Source of the DNA: Acinetobacter phage Acj61
Reading direction: 5' to 3' (one strand)
Sequence record: GU911519.1
DNA: 64,000 nt
Shown in pieces: positions 58,172 to 64,000 of this stretch. Numbering within the stretch: the stretch's first letter is position 1; each line of letters opens with the position of its first letter. Made by a program: the position numbers and the translations under genes. Under the pieces are notes generated by a model. The model was not told where the DNA came from and did not search any database. It saw only the letters and a program-made list of their open reading frames with translations.

Positions 58172-59754
58172 CAACTATGCAGAAGCCTGGGTATCCTAAC
58201 GTCAGTATCAAATTATACGAAAGTTACGATGCTTGGAAAGAAAATCGATTTGTTGAACTTGGCGCTACGTTCACAACACTCACTATTCGTGATGGGCTGT
58301 TCGGGCGAAATGAAGGCATGTTGCAATTCTATGACAATAAGAACATTCATACAAAAATGGATGGCGAACAGATTATTCAAATCTCATTGTCAAATGCTAA
58401 CACAAATGATGTCTTCAACCGAATTTATGGCATCAAACACTTTGCGACATCAGTCGATGAAAAAGGTGACAACATTATCGGTGTCGACTTAGCTCCATTG
58501 CACATTGTTGAACACTTGAAATTTTCTCGTGCGTTCTTTGCCAACGCTACTGAATCGATTCAAGAAATGATTCGAGTCATCTACGCTAAACGAGCCGAGA
58601 TTGCTCCTAAAGTTGAAGGAATCAACGTCTACGTACCTAAAGTTGCTTGGGTCAATGATATCGAAATGTACATGGACTATGTACGTGAGATCGGCATGGC
58701 TGTTGAATCAGAGACATTCGTATTCGCATGGGAAGACATGATCGGAATTCACTTACAGGACTACAAACAAATCAGCGAACAAGAAGCTCGTAAAATGGTT
58801 GTAGGTGACATCAATCAAATTGGTACATTCGTCCAGTCAATGGATATTGGACTTGCATACGAGTTTGTATGGCTTTCAAAAGCTAATAGATACGATCGTA
58901 ATCCAATGGAGAACGTGACGATTTATTCTCACTCATTCAATGACAAAGAAATCCAACGTGTGACACAAGACGAAGGTGCTAACTCGATTTATGTAACTCG
59001 TTCTGGCGGATATTCTGACATGACATATCGTAATGGATATGAAGAAGCTATTCGATTGCTTACAATGGCTCAATATGATGGTTATGCTCAGTGCAAAACT
59101 GTCGGTGATTTCACAATTCGTCCTGGCATGAAAATCAATTTTGGTGATCAGAAAAATCAGTTCAAGACTGATTTCTACGTCGATGAAGTCATTCATGAAA
59201 TTTCTAACAACTCATCTGTAACGAACATGTATATGTTCACTAACGGTAAGGCATTAAAACCTGTGGAAATCGAAAAAATCAAAAATGAAATTCCTACTTT
59301 GGAAACACCGAGCGAATCTGTTCAGCCTGAACCATCTGGCGACATTAAAGGTTCTGACTGGGACCTTGATAAAATGGCAACAGTTGTTACAAAGAATGCT
59401 CAAGGACGTAGTTCGACTGGTGATTGTGCATTATATGTTCGTAAAGCATTACAAGCATCTCAAATCAAACAGTTCTTTGCTGGTGGACTTGGACACGCTA
59501 ACCAAATGCCAACTCAACTTATTCGAATGAACTGGGTTGCGGTAGGCCAAAATGTAACCTCATGGAAGAAAGGCGACATCGTTGTTTTCCAACGAACAAA
59601 TACACGACTTGGACAAAAATATGGTCATGTTGCTATTTTCAACGGCTCACAGTGGGTATCAGATTTCATTCAACCAAGCGTCCAACCAAATCTAAAAGAT
59701 AATTTAACGTACACGCTGTACAGAGCTCGTTACGGCTACACTAAAGGTGCATAA
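58168..59754 (+). CDS. 27: gp27 baseplate hub protein with extra C-terminal CHAP/NlpC-P60-like cysteine peptidase domain (528 aa)
   Basis: N-terminal ~390 aa at the gp27 position. C-terminal ~130 aa has 'GDCALYVRKAL' and 'GHVAIF', a Cys/His pair about 65 aa apart. Confidence 0.7.
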   Translation: MTTMQKPGYPNVSIKLYESYDAWKENRFVELGATFTTLTIRDGLFGRNEGMLQFYDNKNIHTKMDGEQIIQISLSNANTNDVFNRIYGIKHFATSVDEKGDNIIGVDLAPLHIVEHLKFSRAFFANATESIQEMIRVIYAKRAEIAPKVEGINVYVPKVAWVNDIEMYMDYVREIGMAVESETFVFAWEDMIGIHLQDYKQISEQEARKMVVGDINQIGTFVQSMDIGLAYEFVWLSKANRYDRNPMENVTIYSHSFNDKEIQRVTQDEGANSIYVTRSGGYSDMTYRNGYEEAIRLLTMAQYDGYAQCKTVGDFTIRPGMKINFGDQKNQFKTDFYVDEVIHEISNNSSVTNMYMFTNGKALKPVEIEKIKNEIPTLETPSESVQPEPSGDIKGSDWDLDKMATVVTKNAQGRSSTGDCALYVRKALQASQIKQFFAGGLGHANQMPTQLIRMNWVAVGQNVTSWKKGDIVVFQRTNTRLGQKYGHVAIFNGSQWVSDFIQPSVQPNLKDNLTYTLYRARYGYTKGA

Positions 59755-60312
59755 ATGAACAAAATCAATTTAGACATTCGTCCAGTATTTCGTATGCTTT
59801 CAATTAATGGCAAAGACATCAAGATTCCTCGTCTCGGTTTAAAGCACCACGCAATTTTAAAGGACCCTAATGATCACGAGGACGCTATGAAAAAATTGAT
59901 GGCGTCTATCCATCCTAATTTATCTGCTGCAGAACGTGATTTGGTATCACTTCATTTGTTGGCATATAATGAACGTCTGAAACACTCAGTGGTCATTGAT
60001 GGCAATACATATACGGTGGATGATGTAATTATCAATCAAAAACTCAGATTCAATATAGGTGAAACTGAGTTCAAGTTCAAAACACCGAAACTTGAGAACT
60101 TGAATGCTACAATCCCGGAATTGTTACGTTCAAGTTGTGTGAGTGTTAAAGATGGTAATGGAAATCCACAGGAAATTCCAGACTTCTTACAAATGCCTGC
60201 ATATACATACAAATGGGCTGATGACATCTGTTCAACTATTGAACTTCGTACTTCTACAGGTAGTGTCAAAGGTCTTTATAAATTAATGGAGCTATTCGAT
60301 GGCGCAGCCTAA
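59755..60312 (+). CDS. 28: gp28 baseplate distal hub protein (185 aa)
   Basis: Size (T4 177 aa) and synteny. Confidence 0.65.
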   Translation: MNKINLDIRPVFRMLSINGKDIKIPRLGLKHHAILKDPNDHEDAMKKLMASIHPNLSAAERDLVSLHLLAYNERLKHSVVIDGNTYTVDDVIINQKLRFNIGETEFKFKTPKLENLNATIPELLRSSCVSVKDGNGNPQEIPDFLQMPAYTYKWADDICSTIELRTSTGSVKGLYKLMELFDGAA

Positions 60313-62092
60313 TCCACCAAAATCAGAACTTTTAGGAGTCAGTGGAGCAAATGATGAAGCAGTTACACGTAACGTACCAGCGCCTTTGAAGCGTCCGGCT
60401 GCTCAAACATCGTTTCGAAAAACACCAGCTCCTGATATGAAGGCAGCAAATGATGCATTAGATGATATTCGTGATCAAGTCTCTGATAAAGCTGACGATC
60501 CAATCGATACTCTTGATGCATCAAAACAGTCATTGGCATCTATTGACAATAAGATGTCACAACAAATCTCTGATAATTTAGCAAGTTCGATTGTTCAACG
60601 CCGATATGAAGGTACAATGATTGGCGAGACACAGAATATTTCTGCTAAGTTATCTTTGCTGTTAGGTAAATTGACCGAGATGCATGTTGATGCACAAGTC
60701 GAAGCAGCACAAAAGGATAACATCAAGTCTGAGCCAACTACATCTGAAGTGATTGGAGACTTGATCAAAAAGGAACAGCCAGAGCAAAAACCTGAAATTG
60801 CTGAAAAAATTCTCCCAACAGAAGAAAAGCCATCAACTAAATTACTTGATGAAAATGCTGGTAAGTCCGGCAAAGAGTTAGTTGGTAAAGCAAATCCAAT
60901 TGTGATGGGACTTGATAAAGTTGGTGGTCTATTAAAGACTGGCTTCAAATCAAGTATCGGAGTCATGGACAAAATTTCTGGTATGTTGTTCAAGTTCACA
61001 GCTACCCAAGCAATCAATGCAGCTAAAGTCGCAGCAGCGATCTTTGCAATTATTCTTGCTATCGATTTGATCAAAATTTACTGGTCAGTCTGGGGCGAGA
61101 AAATTATGGCTAAGTTGTCTGAATGGGCTGAAATTTTCAAAGGTTGGTGGGATACATTTACCGACTGGGGCTCTCAATTTTCTGACTTCAAGACAGCATT
61201 TGAAGGTATGGGTGCTAATTTGATGGAAATCAAAAATGCTTGGGTATCAGGAGATTTTCCTGCTCTGGCTAAAGCACTTGGTAATGCAATCATTGATATG
61301 GGCAAGACAATTTCGGGTATCATTGGCCGAACTCTGGCATCGCTTTTTGGTCCTCTGTTGCGAAAATTAGGCTTTGGAGAAACTGCTGATAATCTCGAAG
61401 CTGCTGGTCTGCGTCATTATCAAAATATGACTGACAACCGATTGAGTCCAGAGAACCAACGAAAACTTGCTGAAAATCAGGTCAAGCAAGAAGCTAAAGA
61501 TGGCAAAACAGCTACTGAACGTGGAATGACTGATTTCTTGCCTAACACATGGCGTAACAAACTTGGATTTATTTCCGATAACGAATTGAGTCAAATCAAT
61601 GCAGAGAAGAAAGATCAAAGTGCTCGTTCGAATTTATCACAAGAGCAAAAAGTTGATTCTGTTGCAGCTACAAATGAAGCTCGAGAAGCAATTGCCCGAT
61701 ATAAGAAATTTGCAGATGCAGCTAACCCTGATAATGCCGGAGATATGGCCAAAGTTGATAAATACAAGAAAGAAGCCGCACAATACTTGAGCAATAAAGC
61801 TCTGGATTTGACACCTTCAATCAAGTCTGAACTTCAAACGCAATACAACGCGATTAAAGTCAAGTCTAAAAAGGACGATGTCAAACCAGAAACTTCAGCA
61901 GCGAGTAAAGACACTCAAACCGTCAACTCGATCAAAACTGCCGAAGCAGCTAAAGCTAATCAGCAAACACAACAAACTAACGTCGCAAACGTTCAGAATA
62001 ATGTTGTCAAGAATAGCAAAACTGTTCATGTTCAGGCTCCAACAACTAGTACACGAGCTCCAGGTGTCCATAAGGCTACCGGAGTCAACTAA
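60299..62092 (+). CDS. 29: gp29 baseplate hub / tail length tape-measure protein (597 aa)
   Basis: Size (T4 590 aa), synteny, Ala/Lys-rich low-complexity regions. Confidence 0.75.
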   Translation: MAQPNPPKSELLGVSGANDEAVTRNVPAPLKRPAAQTSFRKTPAPDMKAANDALDDIRDQVSDKADDPIDTLDASKQSLASIDNKMSQQISDNLASSIVQRRYEGTMIGETQNISAKLSLLLGKLTEMHVDAQVEAAQKDNIKSEPTTSEVIGDLIKKEQPEQKPEIAEKILPTEEKPSTKLLDENAGKSGKELVGKANPIVMGLDKVGGLLKTGFKSSIGVMDKISGMLFKFTATQAINAAKVAAAIFAIILAIDLIKIYWSVWGEKIMAKLSEWAEIFKGWWDTFTDWGSQFSDFKTAFEGMGANLMEIKNAWVSGDFPALAKALGNAIIDMGKTISGIIGRTLASLFGPLLRKLGFGETADNLEAAGLRHYQNMTDNRLSPENQRKLAENQVKQEAKDGKTATERGMTDFLPNTWRNKLGFISDNELSQINAEKKDQSARSNLSQEQKVDSVAATNEAREAIARYKKFADAANPDNAGDMAKVDKYKKEAAQYLSNKALDLTPSIKSELQTQYNAIKVKSKKDDVKPETSAASKDTQTVNSIKTAEAAKANQQTQQTNVANVQNNVVKNSKTVHVQAPTTSTRAPGVHKATGVN

Positions 62093-62101
62093 GGAATAAG
62101 T

Positions 62102-63196
62102 ATGTTAGTAAAAGAAATCGTAGATTCCGAAACTAACCTCATCGAGCGAATCGGTAGCTTTGTTGCTGCCGGTCGCAGCTCAAAAGAGGAAGAATCAAAG
62201 ACAAAAATCTTTGAAGCACAATATCCCGATGGACGTGCAGCAGCGACAGATTCTGTTGACGATGCACGAATCCAAGACCTTTATGCAAATGGTTTGCTGT
62301 TCACTGCTGTCGAGTACAAAGGACGTACAACTCCTGAAATGACCGACATGCGTGGACAAGTAATGAAGAATATGGTCGATGCTATTGATCAAGCCAAAGG
62401 TGTCTTCAATCAACTTCGTGGTAAGAGCGGTGGCAATAAGAAAATTTCAAGTGCCATCAAAAATCCAGTTTGTCAAATTTTGTTGCCTCGTTCAAAGACA
62501 GACACTGACACAATTTCTCACAAGTTCAATGATGTTAATGAATCTCTTATCACACGTGGTAACGGTACAGCAACAGGCATCTTGTCGAACTTAGCATCAA
62601 CAGCAGTTTTTGGTGCAGTTGAGTCAATTTCACAAGGCGTTATGGCTGACCATGGTGAGCAAATTTATAACACATCACGTGCAATGTATGGCGGTGCTGA
62701 AAATCGTACAAAGACATACACATGGGAATTGACACCTCGAACTGAAGGTGACTTAGTACAAATCATTCGAATTTATGAGTTGTTCTCTTTCTTTTCATAT
62801 GGCGTGACAGGTAACTCTGCCTATGCTAAAGAAATCAAAGGACAAATTGATGATTGGTACAAAAAGACATTCATCAATAATTTGACACCAGAAGGTGCAG
62901 ATCGATCTGGGACAATGATGGAATCTGTTACTTCATTCTTGTCGAACGTGATTGTTGTCTCTAATCCGACAGTTTGGTTCATTCAAAACTTCGGTACAAT
63001 GACTACATACGATAAGCATGCTGACGTGTTTGGCCCAGCTCAAATTTCAAACATTCGTTTTGATAAAGCACCTGATGGAAATTTCAGTGGTCTTGCTATT
63101 GCACCTAACATGCCATCAACATTCGTATTAGAAATCACATTCCGAGAAATTCTTACACTTAACCGTGGCTCATTATATGGACGAGACGTACTATGA
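62102..63196 (+). CDS. 48: gp48 baseplate-tube junction protein (364 aa)
   Basis: Size identical to T4 gp48, synteny. Confidence 0.75.
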   Translation: MLVKEIVDSETNLIERIGSFVAAGRSSKEEESKTKIFEAQYPDGRAAATDSVDDARIQDLYANGLLFTAVEYKGRTTPEMTDMRGQVMKNMVDAIDQAKGVFNQLRGKSGGNKKISSAIKNPVCQILLPRSKTDTDTISHKFNDVNESLITRGNGTATGILSNLASTAVFGAVESISQGVMADHGEQIYNTSRAMYGGAENRTKTYTWELTPRTEGDLVQIIRIYELFSFFSYGVTGNSAYAKEIKGQIDDWYKKTFINNLTPEGADRSGTMMESVTSFLSNVIVVSNPTVWFIQNFGTMTTYDKHADVFGPAQISNIRFDKAPDGNFSGLAIAPNMPSTFVLEITFREILTLNRGSLYGRDVL

Positions 63197-64000
63197 ATGG
63201 TATTGCATTTACATTAGATGAATTCAATAGCCAGGTTATCAATGCAGACTTTCAGAGAACAAATATGTTCTCTATGGTCTTCGCAACAAAACCTAATGGC
63301 AAGACACAAGAGTTACTCAACAACGTCGGTAACTCAGTAGCTGAAATGATTCCAGAAACGTTAGATGCGTTAGGAGTTACACAAGGTGTCTTGACACAGG
63401 CTATCACAACAGTCATTACAATGGGCAGTCGTAAGATTGTCCGTAAAGCAGGTGTTAGTAAGGTTCTAATTGGCGCTATGACTAACCGAGTATTTCAGTC
63501 ACTTCTCGGTGAATTGAAAGTTGGTACATACTTACTCGATTACTTCAACATGGTCTTTCCAACGTCAGGTTTAATGGTCCAAGCGGTTAAAATCCCAGAC
63601 AATAAGTTAAACCATGAAATGGATCGTTTGCATAACTCTCCTAATATCAAAATTACCGGCCGAGATTTCGAACCACTTGTAATTACGTTCCGAATGGACT
63701 CGGCTGCTGTCAACTATCGTTCGATGAATGATTGGGTCAACTCGGTTGAAGACCCAGTTACAGGTTTACGAGCTCTACCAAGTTCAGTAGAAGCTGACTT
63801 GCAAATCAATTTGCACGCGCGTAATGGGCTCCCACACTCGGTTGTGCTGTTCACAGGTTGTGTACCAGTTGGAGTCACGTCGCCTCAATTGTCATATGAA
63901 GACAATAACCAAATCACTACATTTGATGTCATCTTTGCATACCGAACCATGTCGATGGGACCTGTTGAATTGCAAGCTGCCAAAGAATGGATGGAAGATA
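63193..64000 (+). CDS. 54: gp54 baseplate-tube initiator, 3'-truncated by the window end
   Basis: ATG overlaps the gene 48 stop (ATGA). Synteny. Confidence 0.7.
   Translation, partial: MNGIAFTLDEFNSQVINADFQRTNMFSMVFATKPNGKTQELLNNVGNSVAEMIPETLDALGVTQGVLTQAITTVITMGSRKIVRKAGVSKVLIGAMTNRVFQSLLGELKVGTYLLDYFNMVFPTSGLMVQAVKIPDNKLNHEMDRLHNSPNIKITGRDFEPLVITFRMDSAAVNYRSMNDWVNSVEDPVTGLRALPSSVEADLQINLHARNGLPHSVVLFTGCVPVGVTSPQLSYEDNNQITTFDVIFAYRTMSMGPVELQAAKEWMED

Overview
This window is a T4-like (Straboviridae/Tevenvirinae-type) myovirus genome segment. Three blocks are visible. (1) Positions 1-14.7 kb: a minus-strand early/accessory region of small hypothetical genes. It includes a five-gene operon of signal-peptide proteins ending in an SLT lytic transglycosylase, two tandem paralogous membrane proteins, a Pol-beta-type nucleotidyltransferase, an AAA+ ATPase, a TraR/DksA zinc finger, a truncated class-II aminoacyl-tRNA-synthetase-like core and a GIY-YIG homing endonuclease. 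(2) Positions 15.0-16.85 kb: a minus-strand cluster of about 15 tRNA genes with structured spacers, ended by an intrinsic terminator. (3) Positions 17.2-64 kb: the T4 syntenic block 57B(Acb1)-57A-1-3-2-[seg]-4 on the minus strand, then 53-5-5.4(PAAR)-6-7-8-9-10-11-12-wac-13-14-15-16-17-18-[HNH]-19-20-67-68-21-22-23-24, uvsW, divergent 26/25 versus 51, then 27-28-29-48-54, mostly on the plus strand. gp16/gp17/gp1/gp57A are recognisably close to T4 from recalled protein sequence. TATAAATA late promoters, several of them sitting inside or beside hairpins, and many intrinsic terminators are visible. The most interesting items are the secreted-protein operon with paralogous membrane proteins, the mini class-II aaRS-like ligase, the nucleotidyltransferase, a gp27 baseplate hub with a C-terminal CHAP-like peptidase domain, three seg-like GIY-YIG copies (one a 47-aa remnant between gp8 and gp9), an HNH endonuclease between gp18 and gp19, recurring identical hairpin motifs, and the tRNA cluster architecture. 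All coordinates are hand-derived from the sequence and should be taken as +/- a few nt. No database searches were possible.
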